Of a stretch of 64,000 nucleotides of DNA, positions 48,201 to 55,964 are shown piece after piece (positions within the stretch are counted from its first letter, which is position 1; each line of letters begins with the position of its first letter). The notes below the pieces were generated by a model. It did not search any database and was not told where the DNA came from. It was given only the letters and a program-made list of their open reading frames with translations. The position numbers and the translations under genes are program-made. The stretch comes from Ruminococcus sp. (lineage in GTDB: Bacteria; Bacillota_I; Bacilli_A; RF39; UBA660): NCBI GenBank assembly GCA_023663235.1, contig JAMPHW010000002.1, positions 146,608 through 210,607 on the forward strand, given 5' to 3'.

Positions 48201-49158
48201 TTTTATTAAAATAAGTAGTATTTAAGTAAGTAACAGTATCTTTATTAGCGTTATAATAAGTTGTAGGAGTATAATCATTTAAATCACTTTTATACTTAGT
48301 ATATATTTTGCTTAATATTTCTAAAGAATTAGCCATTTTAATATTGTCTTTATAAAGTCCTCCAGCAATATACATTCTAAGTGATTTTAAATCATTCATA
48401 ATCCAATTAACTGTTTTTTCAATGTCTCTATCATAATTCATCATATATTCTAAATTATGATAACCAATACTTTTAATAAACTCTCTTTGTAATAAAGAAA
48501 TCTCATACTCTTCTGACATGTTAACTTTGTTAGCTTCGTAATTATCTTTTAAATAAGTATCGTATTGTAGAACTGTTCTTAAATTACTCGTATATTCTTG
48601 ATAACTATCTGATACCAATTTAGCATCACCATATATAACATCGATATTCCCATTATCATTTAATGCTTCTAACTTTAAATATTTAGCATCTTTAATATTT
48701 ATTTTCACCTTTATAGCATCATTATTAACTGTTAAAGATTTTGAATCTTCATCATTTCTTAAAGTCCAATTACTCTTATCATTTGAAGTATATATATTAA
48801 ATTTAACTTTATTAAGTTTACTATTACCACCTAAATAAGCCATAAAATAAGTGTAATTATAACCAGTTAAATCATATATAATAGAAGAATTAGCATCTGT
48901 AAATATTCCTTTTCTAAAAGAAATTTCTTCATCACCAATATTTAATACTAAATTATTATTATTAAGCGTTTTATCATAAGCAATAGCACTTTTACTATCA
49001 TCTTCATATTTCATATCCGATAAATATAAATATTCACTTTTATCATAAGGTGTCTCTTTAACTGATGGCGTATCAGCAGAAGATATAGCAAAATAAAGAG
49101 GCATAAAAGCATTTAATATTAAGACAATAATCAAAAAAACATAAGTGCTCTTTTTCAT
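45235..49158 (-). CDS. Large surface protein: signal peptide, NPCBM-like module, unknown central domain, F5/8 type C (discoidin) domain, three Ig-like repeats, C-terminal TM anchor
   Basis: N-terminal signal (YVFLIIVLILNAFMPLYFAISSA). YLYLSDMKYE...RKGIFTDANSSIIYDL...YFMAYLGG is NPCBM-like. NAIDGNINTIWHSN...LEYVPSQDSNNGRI is discoidin-like. C-terminal FLYMIIFVIDLFLSAMFIYFIV is a TM segment. Confidence 0.75.
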   Translation of the reverse strand: MKKSTYVFLIIVLILNAFMPLYFAISSADTPSVKETPYDKSEYLYLSDMKYEDDSKSAIAYDKTLNNNNLVLNIGDEEISFRKGIFTDANSSIIYDLTGYNYTYFMAYLGGNSKLNKVKFNIYTSNDKSNWTLRNDEDSKSLTVNNDAIKVKINIKDAKYLKLEALNDNGNIDVIYGDAKLVSDSYQEYTSNLRTVLQYDTYLKDNYEANKVNMSEEYEISLLQREFIKSIGYHNLEYMMNYDRDIEKTVNWIMNDLKSLRMYIAGGLYKDNIKMANSLEILSKIYTKYKSDLNDYTPTTYYNANKDTVTYLNTTYFNKTYGDLYRTMMLSLSLTHAEDVYSWLDEGIISDAVSRYEVYKKLYLSNSLDNKIFESLTVEEMRLVMNNLISDEEIEWLNNYTKSNINETYQFLEYKNNYNYYDKKYYNTSSSEYKKWDDKYSLSAYKIENQGLYPKLWIVLEEGGTTGSISKVGANINGSIGIPSVVVSEPGHTSYLSYNLNNDGAGYWKIENDVSNWSKVGRTDKIASRMLNSWGEYDYATYTNDVRPLSYIILAQDALNEYDKYEKAQELMCLADVFKDDKETLKEIYEDVINLENINFNAWYNLINLYRENNETESNWYDLALKITENYKNYPLPMHDLLRQISDEMTSLEYILKFSNLHEKALREAVSSNKEEVRDVAESLLEVYVKKIAIFNFDGVNANTILLSNRFNEIPNWEYSLDGGNTWISVSENKKKLDNNEIASLTSENGIRIHLTETDYSKENIYTIELKDSEKPQGLYANDLENTVIGVNSLMEWRYQDTTDWISYTDASPDLNGEKTLEVRLKATGDNLASPALTYTFTEEANNINEKYISISNLAIESVSSEATSNNGYAKNAIDGNINTIWHSNLNGQDTNRFIIIKLSEPVALSALEYVPSQDSNNGRIKTGIISVSTDGTNYRELKNVSWSDDANLKKEQFTPTEALYVKIEATSNYGDGRNFITAAMFNLYRDASNDKAPKASIYYNRTELINENVIVRLVNPSTNITITNNNGSDTYTFNKNGEFTFEFTDENGVKGSTTATVNWIDKTVPTAEIEYSVNSLTSNEVVARLTNFSEDITILNNYAEEGNLENGSDIYTFTANGEFTFRFKDKAGNIGTARAYVNWIEKEPSIGDITYDINSKTNKSVVATLKSSDSIVILNNNGNNTYTFSKNGTFKFMYQDIAGNISIAEAKVDWIDNDAIVEDEKETVSLSYVNNHNDRVNDTNNSLNNKNGTLSSLALHTNVIEEESNNYMFLYMIIFVIDLFLSAMFIYFIVEQMQYEKEISSK
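45499..46164 (-). repeat. Three tandem about 75-aa Ig-like coding repeats inside the 1307-aa gene
   Basis: ITITNNNGSDTYTFNKNGEFTFEFTDENGVKGSTTATVNWIDK / ITILNN...GSDIYTFTANGEFTFRFKDKAGNIGTARAYVNWIEK / IVILNNNGNNTYTFSKNGTFKFMYQDIAGNISIAEAKVDWID. Confidence 0.7.
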
Positions 49159-49233
49159 TCTACGCCACCCATTCCTCTATCTTAATATAATTATAATGTA
49201 TTTTTACAATTTAATCAACTTAATAACTTAAAT

Positions 49234-49770
49234 TTAATTAATATATTCTAAATATCTAAGTAAATAATCCCAACAACCAATTTTAGTTGTTAAATCTTGA
49301 TAGTTATTATTAATTCTAGATATTATATCTTCTTTAGAAAACCACTTTATATCTTGCACTTCCTCATCTTGTAATTTAATATCTTTAATATCTATATTTT
49401 TTTCTAAAATATAATATTCATTATAATGTCTATCAATTATCTTGCCTTTATTAATTTTTGATGTTGTCGCTCCGATAAAAGTTAAATCTTCTTTTTTTAT
49501 ATCAATACCTATTTCTTCTTTAGCCTCTCTAATTGCAGCTTGGAAACCAAATTCACCTGTTAAAACATGCCCTCCAGCCGTTATATCCCATAAATTAGGC
49601 CATAGTTTTTTATTTGCACTTCTTTTTTGTAATAAGATTTGACCTTGGGAATTAATTACAAAAACTACAACAGCTTTATGCCATAACCCTTCTTCATGAC
49701 AAATATCTCTACTAGCAACCCTATCTATATATTCTCCGTATTCATTTAAAACATCAAAATTTTCTTCCAT
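49234..49770 (-). CDS. NUDIX hydrolase
   Basis: Nudix box GGHVLTGEFGFQAAIREAKEEIGI. Start trimmed to ATG 49770 (GAAGG RBS). The track start at 49791 has no RBS. Confidence 0.85.
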   Translation of the reverse strand: MEENFDVLNEYGEYIDRVASRDICHEEGLWHKAVVVFVINSQGQILLQKRSANKKLWPNLWDITAGGHVLTGEFGFQAAIREAKEEIGIDIKKEDLTFIGATTSKINKGKIIDRHYNEYYILEKNIDIKDIKLQDEEVQDIKWFSKEDIISRINNNYQDLTTKIGCWDYLLRYLEYIN

Positions 49771-49829
49771 TTTTATACCTTCTTTTATCATATTATATCA
49801 TATTTTTATTTTTATACATACTTATAAGT

Positions 49830-50642
49830 TTAATTTTTTAATGAAGTATATCTACTTTTATCAAACATTTGCCAAGGCATAAAATCTTTGCCTTCTGTAT
49901 GACCTGATATCGCAAAATTTGTAAAACCTAAGTTTACCAAAATATCTTCACTCTTTTCTAGCTCTTTAAGTAGATTTCTAATAACACTTAACCAAATAAA
50001 ATCTGGAATTTTTTGATATTTTAAAGGAATATATTTGCGAAATATTCTAGGGTTTAAACCAATAGATTTTAAAAACTTTATTCTTTCATTTCTTGATATT
50101 TTATAATTTATATCACTAATTTGATAAGTTTGATAATCTTTAAAGTTTTCAATACTAATTTTTCTTAAATCATACCAAGGAATATAATATCTTTCATGAG
50201 TACAAATACTTTTAGATACTTCTCTTCCATCAAAACCTTTTGATACTGCATCTATTATAACTGACTCTCCAATATTAACTCCAACGGAAATTCCTGCATA
50301 GCGTTCATACCTTTCTGATGATTTAGTATTTATATTAAATAAAACTAATACACCTTTATCATCTTTTTCTTTAACTTTTACTAAAGCATCATAAAAATTA
50401 TTACTATTCCCAGCATTTTCAATTCCTAAAATAGGTTTTCTCCCTTTTAAAGTATCTACCCTATTTTGATCAAACTTATTTAAAAACTCTTTATTATTTA
50501 AATAATCTTCTTTGTTTTCTACAATGACTAATTCTTTAACTGGACTTAACTTAGGGAAAAAATATATTAGATTTAACATATCACTAGTTCGATAATATTG
50601 CATCATTTTTACTTTATCTTGAATATTATTCATATTTAACAT
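49830..50642 (-). CDS. Hypothetical protein (270 aa)
   Basis: Clean ORF with AGGAG RBS. No recognised motif. Confidence 0.5.
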   Translation of the reverse strand: MLNMNNIQDKVKMMQYYRTSDMLNLIYFFPKLSPVKELVIVENKEDYLNNKEFLNKFDQNRVDTLKGRKPILGIENAGNSNNFYDALVKVKEKDDKGVLVLFNINTKSSERYERYAGISVGVNIGESVIIDAVSKGFDGREVSKSICTHERYYIPWYDLRKISIENFKDYQTYQISDINYKISRNERIKFLKSIGLNPRIFRKYIPLKYQKIPDFIWLSVIRNLLKELEKSEDILVNLGFTNFAISGHTEGKDFMPWQMFDKSRYTSLKN

Positions 50643-50710
50643 AAGTATTACTCCTTATAAATACTACTTTTAATTATAGCATCAAAAAAACAAATTATAA
50701 ATAGATTTGC

Positions 50711-51223
50711 TTAACTTGTTGCTTTAACATAGACAAATAATAAAAATAAACATACCATCATTGAAACAATACTAATAATTAAATTACCTTTATTTTTATC
50801 TAACTTATATTTATAAAAAAATTTAAAAGCATTAAACCCACACAAAATACTTACAATATCAAAAAAACATATATTTTTCTCTACTTTATAAATTAATATA
50901 ATAACATATATAAATAGCATTCCATAAATTCCAAAAGATTTAGATTTTATTTTCTCTAACTTAAGCAAATTATCAATTGTCTCATCATATTTTTCTTGAT
51001 ATACTTCAGAATCTACTTTTTCACCAGCTAGTATATCTATAATTTTAACATCTAATATTTCACTTAAAGGTTTTAAAAGGGACATATCCATTAAGCATAT
51101 ACCACGTTCCCATTTACTAACTGCATTTATACTAACACCTAATTTTAGCGCTATATTCTCTTGAGTTAAATTTTTCTTTTTTCTTGACTCAGCTATAAAC
51201 TTACCAATCTTTTCTTGATCCAT
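50711..51223 (-). CDS. XRE-family HTH protein with a C-terminal membrane domain
   Basis: LTQENIALKLGVSINAVSKWERG HTH followed by 3 predicted TMs. Start trimmed to ATG 51223 (AGAGGA RBS). Confidence 0.75.
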   Translation of the reverse strand: MDQEKIGKFIAESRKKKNLTQENIALKLGVSINAVSKWERGICLMDMSLLKPLSEILDVKIIDILAGEKVDSEVYQEKYDETIDNLLKLEKIKSKSFGIYGMLFIYVIILIYKVEKNICFFDIVSILCGFNAFKFFYKYKLDKNKGNLIISIVSMMVCLFLLFVYVKATS

Positions 51224-51313
51224 AATCATTCCTCTTTTCATGAATAATATTATCACTTTTAAGCATAAAATTACACATACTAGAGGTTTAATTATATATT
51301 ATCAAAAAATTTT

Positions 51314-52213
51314 CTACTTCAAACGAAACCTAGGCGCTTCATTTAAAAATTCTTTTACTTCACTACTAGGATTTGGTTCTAATCTTAATATTCGTCCCTT
51401 ATCCACTACTTCATCTATATATATTGTATCATGAATTCTTACTAAAATTGGAATTTCCTCTCCACACCTAGTAATAGCTTTTCCTCTTTCAGAGTGATTT
51501 AAAACATGGCACAATAAACAATTATAATATTGGGCTCTTTCAATTTTTCCTGGTATATTAGCAAGATTTATTAAACATTGATTTAAAAAAAGCATTTTCA
51601 TTTTATAAAGAGTTTTTCTATCAAATTTTTCTAAATTTTGATGTAAATAGTTTCCTAAATATATATAAGCTTTATTAGTAGTAAGTTCCAAATGTAATTT
51701 TTCTAAATATTCATTTAGTAAATTATTTGGATATAATCCTAAGAATTGATCCATTTCATTTCTATATTCTAGCGGAAGTTCCATTAAACAAGGATTATTT
51801 CGCAACAAATTAGACTTTTGACGTTTAGGTATTATACCATAATACTCAGTTCGTAAGCCAGCTTGATTATTCATCAAATCTTTTAGTGGATCTATCAAAT
51901 ACTGCCCACTATCCCCTTCAACAATTAAAGCATAATGTGGAACAAGCTTTTGATTAGTAGGAACAACTTTACTATTTATATCAAACATTTCAAAAACATC
52001 TTGATAAAATTGACATAATGAAAGACATATAACTTTCCTATCAACAGTGCGTGATAATGTTCTTACATATTCTAATTGAGCTTGGTCATCTGAAAAAAAG
52101 AATTTCAAATCACGTTCAAAAAACGGAGCAAGTCTAACATAAAGTGCTCTAATAATTAAGTCCTTAGGCCAAGCGTGATTAATATTATCTATTACTTGTT
52201 GTCTATCTTCCAT
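51314..52213 (-). CDS. Hypothetical protein, possible transglutaminase-like (Cys-His-Asp) fold
   Basis: Ordered C...H...D pattern (VICLSLCQFY ... PHYALIVEGDSGQYLIDP). Start trimmed to ATG 52213 (AAGGAG RBS). The fold guess is weak. Confidence 0.45.
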   Translation of the reverse strand: MEDRQQVIDNINHAWPKDLIIRALYVRLAPFFERDLKFFFSDDQAQLEYVRTLSRTVDRKVICLSLCQFYQDVFEMFDINSKVVPTNQKLVPHYALIVEGDSGQYLIDPLKDLMNNQAGLRTEYYGIIPKRQKSNLLRNNPCLMELPLEYRNEMDQFLGLYPNNLLNEYLEKLHLELTTNKAYIYLGNYLHQNLEKFDRKTLYKMKMLFLNQCLINLANIPGKIERAQYYNCLLCHVLNHSERGKAITRCGEEIPILVRIHDTIYIDEVVDKGRILRLEPNPSSEVKEFLNEAPRFRLK

Positions 52214-52325
52214 ATGTATTTCTCCTTTAAAGCTAATATATAATAACACAAAATCCATTAAATTAAAATAAAAAGCTTTAAATCAACACAGAGATTTTAA
52301 TTATTATCTTTTAAACGAACTTAAG

Positions 52326-52832
52326 TTATATCCAATCCTCTACTTGCTTTTTTGAAAAATTTACTTGTGTACCTTTAATAGCTAACCCATCTTTAATTTC
52401 TGCTCCTACACATAAACTTTTTAATTCTTTAGGAATACTACCTAAACCAGATCCTTCATGCGTTGTAAAAGGCCTTACAATTTTACCATTCCAATTTAAT
52501 TTTTCAAGCTGTGTTACCATAGGTTTAGGAAGATAATCCCAATATACTGGACTACCAATATAAATTACTTCATAATTATCAATACTACTTAAAGTATTAA
52601 CAATTTCTGGTCTCAAATTATTTTCTATTTCTTCTTTAGCCTCTTTAATACAAGTATCGTAGTCTTTAGCATAAGGCTCTTTTTTTTCAACTTTAAAAAG
52701 ATCTGCTCCAGTGAATTCTTGAATGTATTGAGCGACTACCTCTGTATTTCCCTTTTCAATATAGCCAACACCATAATTTTCATCAGCTCTACTAAAATAT
52801 ATAATCAAACTTTTTTTATCCTTATAATTCAT
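52326..52832 (-). CDS. Flavodoxin-family protein (cytoplasmic, 168 aa)
   Basis: SLIIYFSRADENYG...GNTEVVAQYI N-terminus and IGSPVYWDY flavodoxin-like loops. Confidence 0.7.
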   Translation of the reverse strand: MNYKDKKSLIIYFSRADENYGVGYIEKGNTEVVAQYIQEFTGADLFKVEKKEPYAKDYDTCIKEAKEEIENNLRPEIVNTLSSIDNYEVIYIGSPVYWDYLPKPMVTQLEKLNWNGKIVRPFTTHEGSGLGSIPKELKSLCVGAEIKDGLAIKGTQVNFSKKQVEDWI

Positions 52833-52854
52833 TATTAATAGTCCTCCAAATTAT

Positions 52855-53544
52855 TTACTTAACACTATCTGTAAATGTTTTAATGTCCGTTTCGGATGGT
52901 CTTGAAGAGAATCTATGTCCTTCTAACCATTTACCACCATTTGAAATACTCTCTAAAAGTTTGCCACTTTGTCCTAAACCACTTGATGCTGATGTACAAA
53001 ATGGTATGACTATTTTTCCATTAAAATTATTAGCTTTTACAAATGTATCTACAGGCCATGCTGCTACTTGCCACCAAATTGGATAACCAATTAAGATTGT
53101 GTCATAACTATCCCAATTATCAACTTTTGTTGTTTTTAATTTAACATTTCGCAAGCGTTCATCATCATGTTCTTTTGATACTCTTGAATTACTATTTCCA
53201 TAGTTTAAATCTTCAGAAGTATATTCATTTTCAGGCACAATTTCAAAAAGGTCACCATTTAAGTTTTTAGCAATTTTTTCTGCTACACTTTTAGTATTAT
53301 TTGTTGCTGAGAAATAAACTACTAATACTTTTTCTGTTTTATCAGATGTTATATTATTATTTTCATTTTCTTCTACATTCGTTTCATTATCTTGTTGTTC
53401 ATTATTGATATTTTCATTCATACTACTATTATCATTAGTATTTTCATTATTGTTAGATTTATTATTGAATAGGAAAAATGCTCCTATTCCAACTACACAT
53501 ATAACTACTAATGCTATTATAATTCCTATAATTTTCTTATTCAT
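52855..53544 (-). CDS. Flavodoxin-family protein with N-terminal TM anchor and Asn/Glu-rich linker
   Basis: MNKKIIGIIIALVVICVVGIGAFFLF, then N/E-rich low complexity, then VLVVYFSATNNTKSVAEKIA...IGYPIWWQVAAWP. Start trimmed to ATG 53544 (GGAGGA RBS). Confidence 0.7.
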   Translation of the reverse strand: MNKKIIGIIIALVVICVVGIGAFFLFNNKSNNNENTNDNSSMNENINNEQQDNETNVEENENNNITSDKTEKVLVVYFSATNNTKSVAEKIAKNLNGDLFEIVPENEYTSEDLNYGNSNSRVSKEHDDERLRNVKLKTTKVDNWDSYDTILIGYPIWWQVAAWPVDTFVKANNFNGKIVIPFCTSASSGLGQSGKLLESISNGGKWLEGHRFSSRPSETDIKTFTDSVK

Positions 53545-53558
53545 TATTTTTCCTCCTA

Positions 53559-53790
53559 CTACCAATTCTTATTGTCTTTGCGACAATCTTCGTTTTGTCT
53601 TCTAGCTTTTACAGTATTATCAAACCATTCTACCATTGATGGATCTCAATGATTAAAGAATAAACTATCATTTGAATCTAATTTTTTAATTTCTTTCATA
53701 TCTTCATCTGTTAGTTTAAAATCAAATACATTGAAGTTTTGTTCCATCTTTCAATATGCGTAGATTTACAAGCAATGATAACTCCCCTCT
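53559..53790 (-). pseudogene. C-terminal remnant of an aldo/keto reductase (frameshifted, with an in-frame TGA)
   Basis: My translation: ..GVIIACKSTHIER(frameshift)MEQNFNVFDFKLTDEDMKEIKKLDSNDSLFFNH*DPSMVEWF... The FDF.LT.EdM..I..Ld and H(R)DP blocks are AKR C-terminal signatures. TGA at 53646-53648. One A is missing at ATTGAAAGATGG. Confidence 0.6.
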
Positions 53791-53797
53791 CTATTAT

Positions 53798-53938
53798 TCA
53801 TCTAAGAATAATAATTCTATCAATGCTCCAATAAACATAAAATATCGATTTGTTTATTTCTGTTGTTAAATTAGATTTTGCTTGATTGACTAAATTAGTT
53901 ATTTCTTCAATCATTTTATTATTAACTTTTTCTAACAT
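53798..53938 (-). pseudogene. 46-codon N-terminal remnant of a DUF1016/YhcG-like (PDDEXK nuclease family) gene
   Basis: MLEKVNNKMIEEITNLVNQAKSNLTTEINKSIFYVYWSIDRIIILR*. The pattern ..I..ar..a...iN..li..YW.IG..I resembles YhcG N-termini. It stops after 46 codons. Confidence 0.4.
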
Positions 53939-53955
53939 AATTTTTATCCTTTTCA

Positions 53956-53981
53956 AATTAGTCAGACGTGTCTGACTAATT
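53956..53981. terminator. Perfect 12-bp palindrome hairpin downstream of the HD-domain gene
   Basis: AATTAGTCAGAC-gt-GTCTGACTAATT. Unusually GC-balanced for this window. A T-rich run follows on the plus strand. Confidence 0.45.
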
Positions 53982-54008
53982 CTTTTCTTTAAGTTCTTTA
54001 TATTCTAA

Positions 54009-54791
54009 TTACTTAGTCTTGCAATCAATAAAACTATTCATTATAAGTCTTATATCTTCCATCTTGCTTCTTGTTTCTAAATCATTATAATTAAATCTAT
54101 CAATTAAAATATTTATATAATTATGATTTTTAACTATTTCATAAGACTCTTTAAAATTTAAATCAAATATAAAAGCCAATACACAAACCCAATAATCAAG
54201 CAAGGTCACTCTGTCATGTATATCTACACATTTCTTTTCTTTTACAGTATTATAAACTTTATAAGATAATTTAGAATCTTCCATATCCCGCATATTTCTA
54301 ACTTTCCCTGGAAATATTGCTTCAATTTTTTCTTCTTTTTTTACCCTAAAATTATCTAATTTATCAGCATCTCTTATTATTTTTGAATGTAATAAAGCTC
54401 TTTCATCCAAACCATCTTGGATAGTTAATCTACTATGATTATCAATAGCTATTTTTATTATTTCATCATAACTTTCATCTTTGATAAAATTTCTAATTAA
54501 ATTATCTTCAAATAACATTTTAACCCCATATGAAGCATGATCAAATTTAACACTATCAAACTGTTTTAAAAACGTTATTTCTTCAAATCTCCCTATATCG
54601 TGTAACAAGGCAATTAATTCTGCTAAATAAACATCATCTTCTGATAAATTTAATTTTGTAGCTATTGTTCTAGCATTATCAACTACATGATATGTATGAA
54701 CTACCTTCAAATTAAAACCTAGTGTATCTTTATCTTCATATCTATTTAAAAAATCTTTAAACGCAATTCTAGCCTTTTGAATATCTATCAT
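54009..54791 (-). CDS. HD-domain metal-dependent phosphohydrolase
   Basis: 260 aa. VHTYHV...LHDIGRFE...DHASYG...RDADKLDN (H..HD..D pattern). Confidence 0.8.
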   Translation of the reverse strand: MIDIQKARIAFKDFLNRYEDKDTLGFNLKVVHTYHVVDNARTIATKLNLSEDDVYLAELIALLHDIGRFEEITFLKQFDSVKFDHASYGVKMLFEDNLIRNFIKDESYDEIIKIAIDNHSRLTIQDGLDERALLHSKIIRDADKLDNFRVKKEEKIEAIFPGKVRNMRDMEDSKLSYKVYNTVKEKKCVDIHDRVTLLDYWVCVLAFIFDLNFKESYEIVKNHNYINILIDRFNYNDLETRSKMEDIRLIMNSFIDCKTK

Positions 54792-55004
54792 TTCTTATCA
54801 CCTCATAAACATTTCATAATAATTATATCATAATTCCCACTTATTCTTTCTTAGTTTCAATAAAAATTCATTTAAAATTTCTTCAACAGGATATTAGAAA
54901 ACACCACGAAATCAAGAAATCCTTAGAAATAAAGACTTTCAGAGCGATTTTCGTGCACCAAAACCTATTTCGCACATGTAAAATGTATGTACAAAATTAT
55001 AAAA

Positions 55005-55358
55005 CTACACTAATGCACCATCCCCATCACTAAATGGTTGATGTAATAATACTAAATCAATATAATCTGTTTTTAGTTTCTTTAAAGATTCCATAACTGA
55101 TTCTTTGCATTTTTCATAACCATAATTATCAATCCAAACCTTTGTTGTAATAAATAATTCCTTTCTTGAAATACCACATTCAACTATTGCTTCTCCAACT
55201 TCGCTTTCATTAAAGTAACTTTGTGCTGTATCAATACTTCTAAACCCAACCTTAATAGCATCTAATACACATTTTTTGGTTTCTTCCTTAGGTATTTGAT
55301 ATACTCCAAATCCTAAGATTGGCATTTCTACACCATTATTTAATTTAACATATTCCAT
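55005..55358 (-). pseudogene. N-terminal fragment of an aldo/keto reductase (truncated after about 117 aa)
   Basis: MEYVKLNNGVEMPILGFGVYQI...IDTAQSYFNE...FITTKVW...DLVLLHQPF carries the AKR Asp-Tyr-Lys-His residues, then diverges (SDGDGALV*) and stops. About 100 central residues are absent from the locus. Confidence 0.65.
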
Positions 55359-55402
55359 TGTTTCATCCTTTCCAAATTGACTTTTTTTCAATTTATACTA
55401 TA

Positions 55403-55433
55403 ATTATAAATGCCGTGGGTTACACACGGTCAA
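55403..55433 (-). promoter_or_regulatory. MerR-type promoter (19-nt spacer) driving the AKR remnant
   Basis: Minus strand: TTGACC-GTGTGTAACCCACGGCATT(19 nt)-TATAAT. Confidence 0.6.
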
Positions 55434-55471
55434 GTGCTTTTTTAAAAAATATAAAATTTTTTAACTTTTTA

Positions 55472-55502
55472 TTGACTGTGTGTTACACCCATGTTTTAAA
55501 AT
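55472..55502 (+). promoter_or_regulatory. MerR-type promoter (19-nt spacer) driving the merR-like gene
   Basis: Plus strand: TTGACT-GTGTGTTACACCCATGTTT(19 nt)-TAAAAT. It shares the GTGTGT(T)AAC(A)CCCA box with the divergent promoter. Confidence 0.6.
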
Positions 55503-55531
55503 TATTAATTAGAGGTGAAAAAATAACTAAT

Positions 55532-55945
55532 ATGAAAAATGTATATTCAATGAAAGAAACTTGTAATAAAACAGGACTTACCTATGACACTTTAAAATTT
55601 TACTGTAACGAAGGTTTAATTCCAAATGTAAAAAGAGATAAAAATAACTATCGTATTTTTGATGACAACGACATAGCTTGGATTAACAGTTTATCGTGTT
55701 TAAAGAATTGTGGGATGAGCATTATCGAAATGAAAGAATATCTTAATTTATGTCTTAAAGGAGAAAAAACTATTCCTGAACGAAAAGAAATATTAGATAT
55801 AAAATTAAAAGAATTACAATATAAAATCGAGGAAATACAAGAAAGTATTAATTATATAAATTGGAAACAAAATTTTTACGATGATGTATTATCAGGTAAA
55901 ACAAAATATTATAGTAATTTAATAGCAACCAAAAAAGATGACTAA
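55532..55945 (+). CDS. MerR-family transcriptional regulator
   Basis: YSMKETCNKTGLTYDTLKFYCNEGLIPNVKRDKNNYRIFDDNDIAWINSLSCLKNCGMSIIEMKEYL is a MerR HTH plus coiled coil. The track ORF (from 55358) over-extends upstream through the promoter region. An ATG at 55550 is an alternative start. Confidence 0.8.
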   Translation: MKNVYSMKETCNKTGLTYDTLKFYCNEGLIPNVKRDKNNYRIFDDNDIAWINSLSCLKNCGMSIIEMKEYLNLCLKGEKTIPERKEILDIKLKELQYKIEEIQESINYINWKQNFYDDVLSGKTKYYSNLIATKKDD

Positions 55946-55964
55946 TATTATTTTAGCCGTCTTT

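Noticed and set aside
53646-53648. In-frame TGA in the AKR C-terminal remnant as possible evidence for TGA=Trp (code 4) or selenocysteine.
   Set aside because: TGA clearly terminates conserved genes here (for example the methyltransferase at 10225-10227), and Trp is encoded by TGG throughout. The same remnant also carries a frameshift and lacks its central third, so it is ordinary pseudogene decay. From memory, homologs have Arg (CGA) at this site.
55358-55531. Upstream 58 codons of the track's 195-aa MerR ORF.
   Set aside because: The extension runs through both divergent promoters and overlaps the AKR remnant start. The MerR HTH begins right after ATG 55532/55550.
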